The notes beneath the pieces are model-generated. The model was not told where the DNA came from, made no database searches, and saw only the letters and a list, made by a program, of their open reading frames with translations. Positions 9,792 through 20,343 of a stretch of DNA of 64,000 nucleotides are shown one piece after another. The first letter of the stretch is position 1. Each line of letters opens with the position of its first letter. Origin of the DNA: Candidatus Eiseniibacteriota bacterium (lineage in GTDB: Bacteria > Eisenbacteria > RBG-16-71-46 > JABDJR01); NCBI GenBank assembly GCA_963762255.1, contig CAVXKA010000001.1, positions 128,001 to 192,000 on the forward strand. The letters run 5' to 3'. A program made the translations under genes and the position numbers.

Positions 9792-11314
9792 GCCTGCACT
9801 CCTTCCCTGAGCCTGGACTGTCGCCGGGCGACCAAGTGCGCCGTCAGATGCAGGCAGAGCTTCTTCTCAGCTTCGCCGACCTCCTGGGGCGTGGCTTCAA
9901 GGAACCACTCATAGAGTGGTTTGCCAGATATCGCCGTTCTCCACGTGTTGGCACCCACCCCACCTGTTCCCGCCTCGACCCCGAAGTGCTCTTGGCGTAG
10001 GGTCTGCTCAAGCTCTGCAAACGAGACCGCTCCGCTTCGGCACGCCAAGGCGCATGCCTGGGCCACGGCATTCCACTGTGACCGGGATGGCACCGGGTCC
10101 CGCTTCCGCCGCGCGCGCCCCAGTCGGGTCGACAACTCTCGTGCCGATACCTCCGCTTGGAGAACGACCCTTTCCTCCGCGACAACTTGACGACTTTGCT
10201 CCAGGATCCAGTCTGCGAGAGGGGATTCTGGTTTCTGGCCAACGGGCACCTGCTGCTCGGCAGAGTACTCTCTGAACTCTGGATGCAGGGTGGCCAGGAA
10301 CCAGGGTTCGACTACCACTTGGCCGAGACCCTCCTGCCGGAAGAGCCCCACTCCGGATTCCAGTGCCACCTCAAGCGCCTGAACGTCCACCTTCGTCGCT
10401 CCCGCGAAAGTCAGCGTGCTACCCCGTTCCAGAACGCGTCGCTCAAGGTCTCTCGAGCGCCTCTTCCCGTTGTAGGGCACGAATCGCCGGACGGACCATG
10501 CCGATTTCGGGACAACCAATTTCCAGTCCTCAGGGAATCCGAAATGTGCCGGGTGCGGTATCTGAGCCGGTTCCCCGGACAACGGGTCGGCAAGCGCGGT
10601 GTCGGAGTTCAGCACGAGGGTCACGGTGGTTGCGGAGTGCGACCGCGAGGGCTTCACAGCCGCGGTATCCACAAGCATGGTGCGAATCCTGCCGTACTCT
10701 GCCGATCGGGAACGTCCAATCCAGAAGGTCCCACGGGCCAACTCCTCCTGAAGGCGTGCGTCGACATCCGGGCTCACGTCATCGTCTAACTGAATGTGCG
10801 AACGCCAGGACGAACCTGCCGCGAGAGACTCGTATCCAAAAAGGCTGCCTTCTGCCGGTGCACCGCGCCGATCGCGGGACACCGCTGTCTTGAGGCGATA
10901 CTCCCGATCAACGCCAATCACCCTGCCGTCCGCCCTGAAATATCCCTCTTCCATCCGGCGACAGCGCTGCTGCCTTCGCAGGTCATCTTCCAGGTGATTC
11001 AGGCAGTAAATGTTGGCGGAGACATACCTCGAGTCCTGCACGACGGAGGTGTTCGCCACCCGCAACCAGCCCAGGGGAACCAGGTGGGCGCCCCCCGCAG
11101 GCGATATGGGCAGCGCGTCGAGAAAGCGCACCTGGCCACTGTGGAACGTCACAAATGCGTGAAGCCCCAGCTTCTGGTAGAGCCTTGCCGCGAATGCCCC
11201 CAGGAAGTTGGAGCCGCGCAGATACGTGAGGCTTTGGTGCACGCCGAGAGATGCTGCGTTCACGGTCTGGATGACACCCGATTCGAGAAAGACGTCATAG
11301 GCGATGATTCTCAT
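9788..11314 (-). CDS. csx10: Cas5-group RAMP (Csx10-like) with C-terminal helical domain, probably fused Cas11
   Basis: Motifs 'YLRGSNFLGAFA', 'IGRSRSAEYG', 'GVGLFRQEGLG'; C-terminal region 'PSRSQWNAV' resembles the small subunit. Confidence 0.8.
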   Translation of the reverse strand: MRIIAYDVFLESGVIQTVNAASLGVHQSLTYLRGSNFLGAFAARLYQKLGLHAFVTFHSGQVRFLDALPISPAGGAHLVPLGWLRVANTSVVQDSRYVSANIYCLNHLEDDLRRQQRCRRMEEGYFRADGRVIGVDREYRLKTAVSRDRRGAPAEGSLFGYESLAAGSSWRSHIQLDDDVSPDVDARLQEELARGTFWIGRSRSAEYGRIRTMLVDTAAVKPSRSHSATTVTLVLNSDTALADPLSGEPAQIPHPAHFGFPEDWKLVVPKSAWSVRRFVPYNGKRRSRDLERRVLERGSTLTFAGATKVDVQALEVALESGVGLFRQEGLGQVVVEPWFLATLHPEFREYSAEQQVPVGQKPESPLADWILEQSRQVVAEERVVLQAEVSARELSTRLGRARRKRDPVPSRSQWNAVAQACALACRSGAVSFAELEQTLRQEHFGVEAGTGGVGANTWRTAISGKPLYEWFLEATPQEVGEAEKKLCLHLTAHLVARRQSRLREGVQA

Positions 11315-11874
11315 ACCTCCACCTCCCCGAGCTTCATCGCTACCCTTCCAAGCCCCCGACGCCGTCCGCTACCCAGACCTCGAACGAAGCACAGACCCGC
11401 GCGTAGCGCCTCTTCAGCTCCACCGGGATCCCCCAGGGCGTGAACGCGAGCAGTGAGCGTGACCGGGATCGAGACCTCCACGAAACGCAGTGTCTCGTCT
11501 GCCGCCTGTCCAGTACGGCCTTCTATCGCGGTCATTCCTAGGCGCCTGAACAGCACCTCGCAGCGCGCCTCCGGATCGGTGGCGACCCACGCCTCCAACT
11601 CCTTACCCAGTGTCGCGTCCGAGAAGCGAAGGCTTCCCTCCTGCTGGGGCTTGCCAAACAACCGGGCGACCGTTCCCGCGGGCACGGCATGGTGTCCGGC
11701 TTCCTCAGCCTGGTGCACTCCCTCTCGCACGAGTCCCCGGAGTGTCTTCCCAGGCAGATATGGCAACCCGGCCGGCGTCTTTACCGGTTCCGAGTCAACG
11801 ACAGGACCTCGGCTCCGGCCGCTTCCCGCGTGCCAGTACTCAAGAATCTCGACCGTCAGGCTCCATTCCCTCAT
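11311..11874 (-). CDS. cas7: Cas7/RAMP (Csm3-like) protein
   Basis: Motifs 'WHAGSG', 'LPYLPGKTLRGLVRE', 'LGSGRRRGLG'. Confidence 0.88.
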   Translation of the reverse strand: MREWSLTVEILEYWHAGSGRSRGPVVDSEPVKTPAGLPYLPGKTLRGLVREGVHQAEEAGHHAVPAGTVARLFGKPQQEGSLRFSDATLGKELEAWVATDPEARCEVLFRRLGMTAIEGRTGQAADETLRFVEVSIPVTLTARVHALGDPGGAEEALRAGLCFVRGLGSGRRRGLGRVAMKLGEVEV

Positions 11875-13508
11875 GCCTTACCCCCACGCTTAGGGCGCTC
11901 CATCAGGCGCACTACATAGGCATCCGCAAGAGGACTACGGATCACACCGTCCGCACCCGGGGCAGTCCAGATTGCTCTCCTGGCATTGGTCAGAGTCTCC
12001 AGAGCTTCCTCGAATTCCTGAAGGCCGGGACCGGCTTTGGGAGACTCAGTTTCCGCGCGCCCCTGCGTCACCTCGAGGATCCGAGCGAAGTCCTCGGTTG
12101 CGGCGACCGGGGAGTCGTGCATGACTTGTAGCAGGGTGCGAACCCGGCCCAATAGTTCAGTCGGAACTGCGTGCGCAAGAGTCCTCAGCGCGGCCAAGCT
12201 GGGCAATCGGTCGGCAGCCGGCCGGGCACCCACCCCGTAGGCCTCCATCGTGAGACGGTAGCCATCCCGGCTCAATTCGCGCCCGACCACTGACTCGGCG
12301 TCGATGGGCAGACTACCGGTGATTCTGAGGAAGGACAGGCCGGAGGGCGGCAACCCTGGATCCACCGACTTGACGTGACGCTTGGCCAGTTCGCACAGTG
12401 AGAAGGCAAGGTCATGGGCACGATCGAACGGGAACCCCGGCTTGACAAAGGCAACGCCGGCACAGGCGCTCAGACCCTCACGAATGCCCAGTTCCGGTTG
12501 TGCGAATCGCTCGGCTGTGAACCTTTCGAAATGAGTCAGAAAGGTTTCTGCGTAGCGCAGCCCAAGACGGCAATTGAGGAGGATCGTCAGATCATCACCG
12601 CCAAGGACAATGGGTCGGGCCGGGAAGACAAGTCGCTCATCATCCCCTCTGGGGTGAGAAATCGCAGCGGGGACCAGCACTTCCCTCGCTGCCTCTTCCG
12701 CCGCACGACGGGTGGCCTCTGTCAGCGCATCTGAAAACGCTGCGAATCGTCCCGCTGAGGCCGCTCCGTCCGTTGCTCCAAGAAGGGCTTGAATCGTCTT
12801 TCCGACATCGTTGCCATCGGCGTGAACAAGCGCGATATAGGGTTCATCCTGATCTGCAAGGAGTCCTTCTTCCGTCTCGGCACCGCTAGCGAAACGGTAC
12901 TTCGAGGTCAGTTCGCCCAGGAACCGGCGATCCAGGGAACTGGTGTCCCGAATCCCGGCACGGGCGAGCTCGTCCCTTGCTCTCTCTTTGGCCCAACTTG
13001 TCCGGTCTATTCGGAGGCGCTCCCCCGCTATCGAGATCTCGAATTCGACCGGCATCGAGGTCTGCGGATCGCGCTCCACAATGGGAGAGGGAACCGGCAG
13101 ATCCTCTACTGCCCATGCCCGCGACGCCTGCAACTCCTCTGCGAGGCGCCGCATGGCCTCGCCAAGTCCCCGCTCGTCCACCACCACGAGCGCCTGTTCG
13201 AGGAGGGCGCCCGGAGCGCGAGCTTCCACGATGAACGGCCAGACCTCATACAGGAATGCAAGCGCGTCCGCGTTCCTGGTCATGAGACGCACACCGGCGG
13301 CTGCGTGACTCAGGATGGTCACCTCGGAATCACGCATCCCCGAGGCGGCCAGGGCCCTCTTGAACGTGGCATCACAGAGATCCTCGAGAAGCTGGGATCC
13401 GCCTTGGACCTCGCGGAGGCGGGGACGGGTCAGGAGGTAGCGTTGAACTCTAGCGATCGAAAATCCGTAGAGCCACTGCCCCTGGGAAACAACCGATGCA
13501 GGTTCCAT
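11871..13508 (-). CDS. cas10: Cas10 lacking HD domain, with intact Palm2 cyclase motif
   Basis: 545 aa with 'ALVHADGNDVG', 'PIVLGGDDL' and 'SACAGVAFVKPGFPF'; no N-terminal HD domain. Confidence 0.92.
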   Translation of the reverse strand: MEPASVVSQGQWLYGFSIARVQRYLLTRPRLREVQGGSQLLEDLCDATFKRALAASGMRDSEVTILSHAAAGVRLMTRNADALAFLYEVWPFIVEARAPGALLEQALVVVDERGLGEAMRRLAEELQASRAWAVEDLPVPSPIVERDPQTSMPVEFEISIAGERLRIDRTSWAKERARDELARAGIRDTSSLDRRFLGELTSKYRFASGAETEEGLLADQDEPYIALVHADGNDVGKTIQALLGATDGAASAGRFAAFSDALTEATRRAAEEAAREVLVPAAISHPRGDDERLVFPARPIVLGGDDLTILLNCRLGLRYAETFLTHFERFTAERFAQPELGIREGLSACAGVAFVKPGFPFDRAHDLAFSLCELAKRHVKSVDPGLPPSGLSFLRITGSLPIDAESVVGRELSRDGYRLTMEAYGVGARPAADRLPSLAALRTLAHAVPTELLGRVRTLLQVMHDSPVAATEDFARILEVTQGRAETESPKAGPGLQEFEEALETLTNARRAIWTAPGADGVIRSPLADAYVVRLMERPKRGGKA

Positions 13509-13762
13509 GACATGCCCTCGACCCCCGGGATTTCCCCAGGGAATGGACGTTCTGCTTCCTGGAACTCCTTGACCGAGGGCCGAGGGAAGCGGAATGGTCG
13601 GTTGGGGGGGGCCGACAGGTGCAGAGCGCAGTCTAGGTCAGAGAGCGATCGAGTCCAATACCGAATTTCTGCGGGCGCACGGCACAGATACGAATACGAA
13701 TCATCCATAATATGGACTTGCATACATGGCCCATTTGTGTCTCGTCACGAGAGGAAGTGATG

Positions 13763-16700
13763 GAAGCAATCCCCGCGGATTGGGGCAGTAATCGGAACTC
13801 AAACCAATCTTGTCGTTGAGACGCGCATGGGCGCTGAGTCTCAATCCCCACGGCTCGGGGCAGTAATCGGAACCTGGTGGACGGCTATATCACCTGGCGC
13901 TTGGCGATCGTGCCTCAATCCCCACGGCTCGGGGCAGTAATCGGAACGAAAGTCTTTGTCGGCTGTTCCGCAGGAACGGCCATCAAGTCTCAATCCCCAC
14001 GGCTCGGGGCAGTAATCGGGACGGTCGCATCCTAGAGGAGATCGACCGATGACCGCGCGTCTCAATCCCCACGGCTCGGGGCAGTAATCGGAACGCGACT
14101 TAGTCCGTCGGGACCAGGAGGCGAGGTACCCGTCTCAATCCCCACGGCTCGGGGCAGTAATCGGAACCTGCTGGCGCATCCGGCGAACCACCTGCTCGGC
14201 GTTTTGTCTCAATCCCCACGGCTCGGGGCAGTAATCGGAACTTTCGAGCAAACGGCATGCCCTTTCCAAGGGCTGAGAGTCTCAATCCCCACGGCTCGGG
14301 GCAGTAATCGGAACAGACCGCAACCCCGGAGGAAGGTGCGCGGCGCCACCTGTCTCAATCCCTACGGCTCGGGGCAGTAATCGGAACGCAGAGGAATTCA
14401 AGCTGGGCGTCCCCGAGGATATGCTCGTCTCAATCCCCACGGCTCGGGGCAGTAATCGGAACCGGACGGTCGCCGCCGCTCTCGTCCTCGCGGGACTCGA
14501 GTCTCAATCCCCACGGCTCGGGGCAGTAATAGGAACGTGTGGGGTGGCATACATCAAGAAGGACGAGAAGGACCCGTCTCAATCCCCACGGCTCGGGGCA
14601 GTAATCGGAACAAGAAGTATAGTGTAGCTCTTGAGTACCTTAAGGTCAGACTGTCTCAATCCCCACGGCTCGGGGCAGTAATCGGAACTCTACAACGTGG
14701 GGGCGGACAACGCTCGCACGACCAGTCTCAATCCCCACGGCTCGGGGCAGTAATCGGAACGGTCCTGCTGCAGGTCCACGAGATCGGCGACCCGAGGTCT
14801 CAATCCCCATGGCTCGGGGCAGTAATCAGAACCCAGGGACTTCGAGTGCGACGACTGCGGCGCAATCGTGTCTCAATCCCCACGGCTCGGGGCAGTAATC
14901 AGAACTGACTCGCGAGTGGACCAAGGATGCGACTACCGGTACGTCTCAATCCCCACGGCTCGGGGCAGTAATCGGAACGTGTGGCATACGTGAAGGAGTG
15001 CTCGCAGAGGTTTGAGTCTCAATCCCCACGGCTCGGGGCAGTAATCGGAACGCACGCCCCGGTTCCCGACCCCCGCCGGGCCGCCGAAGTCTCAATCCCC
15101 ACGGCTCGGGGCAGTAATCGGAACTTGCGTGAACAACGCTACCCACAAACGTGGGGGCAAAGTCTCAATCCCCACGGCTCGGGGCGGTAATCGGAACGAA
15201 AGAAGCCGAAACCCTGGAGGTGAAATGAGCGAGGTCTCAATCCCCACGGCTCGGGGCAGTAATCGGAACGCCACACACAAGGCGCGAAACGAAAGGAACG
15301 GAACGTGGTCTCAATCCCCACGGCTCGGGGCAGTAATCGGAACACCCATACACGCATGCACAGGGGGAGGACAAGTAGCATAGGTCTCAATCCCCACGGC
15401 TCGGGGCAGTAATCGGAACAAGACCCCGGCCGAGGGTGCGAAGGCCTTCTTCGAGTCTCAATCCCCACGGCTCGGGGCAGTAATCGGAACCTCGTTATCG
15501 ACGGCATGGTGAACCTTTACACGGTGAACGTCTCAATCCCCACGGCTCGGGGCAGTAATCGGAACAACGCGGGGAGCTGGGGAAACGCCGTCGACGTTCT
15601 CGTCTCAATCCCCACGGCTCGGGGCAGTAATCGGAACGTACGACAAGTTTCCCAGCGAAGACCACAAGTACATGTCTCAATCCCCACGGCTCGGGGCAGT
15701 AATCGGAACTGAACTGTGTTACTGGATTGGTGGTAGTGTCGTGAATGTCTCAATCCCCACGGCTCGGGGCAGTAATCGGAACGAAGGAGTTTCCGGTCCT
15801 GCGATGGTCCTTGAAAAGTCTCAATCCCCACGGCTCGGGGCAGTAATCGGAACCATCGCCTGCGCCATCTTCTAGCCCACCCCGCACCTTCTTGTCTCAA
15901 TCCCCACGGCTCGGGGCAGTAATCGGAACCGGCGACCGGGTCATCGTCAAGGCGGCCATTCTGGCGTCTCAATCCCCACGGCTCGGGGCAGTAATCGGAA
16001 CAAATTCTAAATAGAAGACGCACCGAAGGCTTTCCGCCATGTCTCAATCCCCACGGCTCGGGGCAGTAATCGGAACCAGCGGCCCTGCTGGTGTGGAAGT
16101 GGCGAAAAAACGAGAGTCTCAATCCCCACGGCTCGGGGCAGTAATTGGAACGATTACTGTGGTCGCACTACTCACCTACGGCACAACTGGTCTCAATCCC
16201 CACGGCTCGGGGCAGTAATCGGAACTGGTTTCCTATGATGCCTTAAGCATCATCGGTGCCGGGTCTCAATCCCCACGGCTCGGGGCAGTAATCGGAACTG
16301 AACTGTGTTACTGGATTGGTGGTAGTGTCGTGAATGTCTCAATCCCCACGGCTCGGGGCAGTAATCGGAACGAAGGAGTTTCCGGTCCTGCGATGGTCCT
16401 TGAAAAGTCTCAATCCCCACGGCTCGGGGCAGTAATCGGAACAGAACACCAGCGGTCCCGCTGGCGTGGAAGTCGCGAAGGTCTCAATCCCCACGGCTCG
16501 GGGCAGTAATCGGAACACGTGTCCTGGCAGTGCTACACTCGGTGTCGGAACGATGCGTCTCAATCCCCACGGCTCGGGGCAGTAATCGGAACGTGCTCAC
16601 GAGTGATATGCGCCATACCTTTGATCTTGCGTCTCAATCCCCACGGCTCGGGGCAGTAATCGGAACGAGACTGACTCTCGTTTTGTTGGTCGCTTGTGCG

Positions 16701-17178
16701 GCCAGTCTCAATCCCCACGGCTCGGGGCAGTAATCGGAACAGATGGTGAGGCGTTCGGTAGTCGCCTCGCTTCTCAGTCTCAATCCCCACGGCTCGGGGC
16801 AGTAATCGGAACTAAACAACGTATTAGGATTACTAGATTGTTCTTGCGGAAGTCTCAATCCCCACGGCTCGGGGCAGTAATCGGAACCGGCCAACCTCCT
16901 CCCCGACGGCAGGCCCGGATCCGGTCTCAATCCCCACGGCTCGGGGCAGTAATCGGAACGATCGTGATCTGGTTCGGATTGGGGCTCATCGTTCTGTCTC
17001 AATCCCCACGGCTCGGGGCAGTAATCGGAACGTGGAGATTCCCATCACGATTGGCGCGTGGGAGATCGGTCTCAATCCCCACGGCTCGGGGCAGTAATCG
17101 GAACCAGCTGCTGTTCGGTCTGTCCCTGGGTGCGTCCGATCTGTCTCAATCCCCACGGCTCGGGGCAGTAATCGGAAC
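13763..17178 (-). CRISPR. CRISPR array 1: about 47 repeats of 36 bp (GTTCCGATTACTGCCCCGAGCCGTGGGGATTGAGAC on - strand) and about 46 spacers of roughly 35-41 bp
   Basis: Repeats counted by eye. The degenerate repeat at 13763-13798 marks the trailer end. The CCCC/GGGG stem and ATTGAGAC 3' end on the - strand give the orientation. Confidence 0.98.
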
Positions 17179-17300
17179 GGTACGCCCGTAACCCCTTGTC
17201 TGACAAGGGCTCTGATGGTGGTTTCCGCCGACCTCGGTCGAACCACCCCGAAACTTCGCGTGGCGCAAGAAACGCATTCGATAACCTCTTGTCTCACAAC
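17179..17300 (-). promoter_or_regulatory. Leader of CRISPR array 1
   Basis: Adjacent to the non-degenerate end and similar to the sequence right of array 2 (gtaacc.ctt..c...caagg..tctg...tttccgccgac). Perfect inverted repeat cccttgtc-t-gacaaggg at 17193-17209. The far boundary is approximate. Confidence 0.7.
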
Positions 17301-17622
17301 ATCCGCCGGCCGCGACCGACGCCCGGCGACCGAATCGCCACGGAGCTATGCAGTTGTGCCAGTCCATCGCGTCCCCCGCCTCCACCTCACCCGACCGGCG
17401 GAGGCCCCTGCACGGCCTTCCGACAGCCCCACCGCCGCCTTCCCCGCTCGCAGAAGTATGTGGCCATCCGTCATCGAATTCTGTTGCCATGGAAAGTTCA
17501 AGGGTCTATAGAAAGAACTGTTCGATCATCTTCCGGCCCTATCCCCTGTGGCATCCCGAAGATGGTAGCGCAATCCGCGTCTGAAAGACGTGCTGCAAAC
17601 TGTCCCCACTGGAGGATCGGCG

Positions 17623-19731
17623 ATGGGAGAACTCTTCGAGAAGGTCACCTCACCCCTGATTCTCGCAGAGGGGTTCGATCGAGTCGAGGAGAACCACGGT
17701 TCTCCGGGAACCGACGGGCAGACGATCGAGGTGTTCGCCGCGAACCTCGACTTGAACCTCTCGCTGCTGCAATCAGAGTTGCGCTCGGAGCAGTACCGCC
17801 CGCGACCTCTCCTGCGCGTCGGCATTCCCAAGGAGACCGGCGGCACGCGATACCTCTCGATCCCCACCGTGCGGGATCGCGTGGCACAGAGCGCCGTCTA
17901 TCTCGTTCTGGCCCCCCTGCTCGAACCTGAATTCGAGGATGCGAGCTTTGCCTACCGTCCCGGACGGTCGGTCGATCAGGCCATCCAGCGCGTCCTCTCC
18001 TTGCGGAACGCGGGATTCACGTGGCTCCTCGACGCCGACATCTTTCACTTCTTCGACGAGATCCCGCACGATCGGCTATTCGCACTCCTGGAGCGGTTCG
18101 TGCCCGACGAGAAGATCACGGATCTACTGAAGCAATGGACCGCATGCGAGATCTGGTTCGAGGGCAAGACCTACCGCATGGTCAAGGGCATTCCCCAGGG
18201 TTCGCCGCTGTCCCCTGTCATGGCTAACCTCTATCTCGATCGACTGGACGAGGCTTTTCTCGAGACCCAGCATCGGATCGTTCGCTTCGCGGATGACTTC
18301 ATCGTGCTGTGCCGGAACCGGTCGGACGCGGAGGGAGCACAGGCGCTCTCGACCCGAATCCTCTCGGAGCTTGGCCTTCAACTCCACCCCGAGAAGACAC
18401 GGGTCACGAGCTTCGAGCAGGGGTTTCGTTATCTTGGCGTTCAGTTCCTTCGCTCGTTCGCCTTCAGGCCGATCGAGGCCCCCGAACCTAGCGAGGGCTC
18501 CACCGCGGCGGCGATAAGGTCGACCGAGCCTCTCGTGCCGGCGCTCCCCCCACCCAAGTCGAAGACAACGGTAGGGGGGGCATTTCGCGCGGCCCTGGAG
18601 GGACTCCCCCCGGGTGAGGCGGCGCACCGCTGGTCGGACCTGCATGTGTCCACGGGGTCGGCGCCTTCTGATGAGTCGGCCGTCTCGCCAGATCTTCCAA
18701 CACCGACAGCCGGTCATGACCCGACGCTTCGGACTCTCTACCTCATGGAACAGGGGGCCGAACTCGGCAAGGAAGACGAGCGATTCGTGGTCCGCAAGGA
18801 GGGCCGAATTCTCGCCAAGGTCCCCGCACTCAAGGTGAATCAGATCCTGGTATTCGGCAACATCCGCCTATCCACGCCGTCGGTCCAGTTCTGCCTTGTG
18901 CGGGACATCCCGATCTACCTGCTTTCGAGCCGCGGACGCTACTACGGCGTCATCGAATCGACTCAGGGGAACCGCGTCATGCTTCATGGGGCCCAATTCA
19001 ATCGGGCCGGCGACGACGGATTCCGATTGACGGTTTCCAGAGGGTTCGTGAAGGGGAAGATCGCGAATTGTCGAACCGTCCTGCAGCGACACGCTCGTTC
19101 CCGCAGCGAAACCGGGCTCCAGGAGTCCCTGGGCCGGATGAAGGAGATGCTCGACGGCCTGGACAGGGCGGAGACGCTGGATCAGCTTCGCGGAATGGAA
19201 GGGGCTGCGGCGGCATCCTACTTCTCGGCGCTCTCCGGACTGCTAGGGCCGGAATGGGGATTTTCGCGGCGAGAGCGCCAGCCGCCGACCGATCCCGTCA
19301 ATAGCATGTTGTCCTTCGGTTACACGCTCCTCTTCTACAACGTCTATTCGCTCTTGCGCGCCGCCGGGCTTCATCCCTATGTCGGCATCTATCACTCCCT
19401 GAGGGATAACCACCCCGCCCTGGTTTCGGACCTGATGGAGGAGTTTCGGGCACCTCTGGTCGACCGAACCGTGCTCAGTCTCATCGATCGCAAACAGGTG
19501 AAGCCCGGCGATTTCACGATCGGCACGGAGAAGGAGCCGGGGTGCTTTCTCTCCGAAGACGCTCGTCGCATCGTGGGAGCTGCCTTCGAAGAGGCGTTCA
19601 ACCGCTTGGTGACTCATCCGGACGCCGGGGAGAAATGTGACTACCGAAGGGTGATCTTCCTGCAGGCTTTGCGCGTCCAGGGAGCCATCGAAGCTCGAGA
19701 GCCGGCCTACGAGCCCTTCATCTTGAAGTGA
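17623..19731 (+). CDS. cas1: Reverse transcriptase-Cas1 fusion (RT-Cas1)
   Basis: Group II intron-type RT motifs 'RYLSIPTVRDRVAQ', 'GIPQGSPLSP', 'VRFADDF'; Cas1 motifs 'LRGMEGAAAASYF', 'DPVNSMLSFGY', 'ALVSDLMEEFR'. GGAGG precedes the ATG at 17623. Confidence 0.95.
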   Translation: MGELFEKVTSPLILAEGFDRVEENHGSPGTDGQTIEVFAANLDLNLSLLQSELRSEQYRPRPLLRVGIPKETGGTRYLSIPTVRDRVAQSAVYLVLAPLLEPEFEDASFAYRPGRSVDQAIQRVLSLRNAGFTWLLDADIFHFFDEIPHDRLFALLERFVPDEKITDLLKQWTACEIWFEGKTYRMVKGIPQGSPLSPVMANLYLDRLDEAFLETQHRIVRFADDFIVLCRNRSDAEGAQALSTRILSELGLQLHPEKTRVTSFEQGFRYLGVQFLRSFAFRPIEAPEPSEGSTAAAIRSTEPLVPALPPPKSKTTVGGAFRAALEGLPPGEAAHRWSDLHVSTGSAPSDESAVSPDLPTPTAGHDPTLRTLYLMEQGAELGKEDERFVVRKEGRILAKVPALKVNQILVFGNIRLSTPSVQFCLVRDIPIYLLSSRGRYYGVIESTQGNRVMLHGAQFNRAGDDGFRLTVSRGFVKGKIANCRTVLQRHARSRSETGLQESLGRMKEMLDGLDRAETLDQLRGMEGAAAASYFSALSGLLGPEWGFSRRERQPPTDPVNSMLSFGYTLLFYNVYSLLRAAGLHPYVGIYHSLRDNHPALVSDLMEEFRAPLVDRTVLSLIDRKQVKPGDFTIGTEKEPGCFLSEDARRIVGAAFEEAFNRLVTHPDAGEKCDYRRVIFLQALRVQGAIEAREPAYEPFILK

Positions 19732-19741
19732 GGACGCAAGG

Positions 19742-20053
19742 GTGTGCACTCTGCCCCAACCAGCCGCTTCGCCGCGACACGTGTGGGTCATCGCGTACGA
19801 CATCCGGGATGACAAGCGACGTGTTCGTGTGGCGAAGCATCTCTGTAGCTACGGGGAACGTGTTCAGCACAGCGTGTTCGAGAGCCGTCTGACTTCCGGG
19901 GAGGTTGCCTTGCTCCGCTCCGAACTCCGAGAGATCGTGGATCTCAAGGAGGACCAGCTTCGGTTCTACCCGCTGTGTCTGACCTGCGAGGCTCGGATCC
20001 GCCGGCAGGGCACCGCCACCACACTGGATGCGGATGGATACTCGATCATCTGA
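19742..20053 (+). CDS. cas2: Cas2
   Basis: 'VIAYDIRDDKRRVRVAK...GERVQHSVFE...DQLRFYPLC'. Confidence 0.93.
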   Translation: MCTLPQPAASPRHVWVIAYDIRDDKRRVRVAKHLCSYGERVQHSVFESRLTSGEVALLRSELREIVDLKEDQLRFYPLCLTCEARIRRQGTATTLDADGYSII

Positions 20054-20054
20054 C

Positions 20055-20331
20055 ATGTTCATCGTCGTCTCGTACGATGTCGCCGGCAGCAAGGCGCGCC
20101 GACGTGTGGCGTCCGAGTTGGAGAATTTCGGTATCAGGACCCAGTACAGCATCTTCGAGTGCCACCTGGACGATAAGCGGCTGGAGGACTTGGAAGGACG
20201 TTCTCGCTGAGCTGATTGACTGGGAGACCGATCGGGTGGCTTACTACAGTCTCTGCGCGGACGATGCCGGGCAAATCCTCACCGATGGGCCGGGCGCGGT
20301 GGCGGCGGACTCGGACTACCACATCATCTAA
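20055..20331 (+). pseudogene. cas2: Second cas2 interrupted by an apparent +1 frameshift near 20201
   Basis: 'MFIVVSYDV...RTQYSIFEC' stops at 20210; the continuation 'LAELIDWETDRVAYYSLC' is in another frame. Removing one T at 20201-20202 restores a full Cas2. Confidence 0.85.
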
Positions 20332-20343
20332 GGACGCTCGGAC

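Noticed and set aside
13430-13723. 97-aa ORF upstream of cas10
   Set aside because: It overlaps the cas10 start, has no recognisable motif and shows atypical codon use.
13633-17297. Many ORFs across array 1 (and array 2) with repeating 'SQSPRLGAVIG' or 'DYCPEPWGLR'
   Set aside because: These are translations of CRISPR repeats.
17623-18460. Group II intron or retron
   Set aside because: The RT is fused in frame to Cas1; no maturase/endonuclease domain or intron boundaries were seen.
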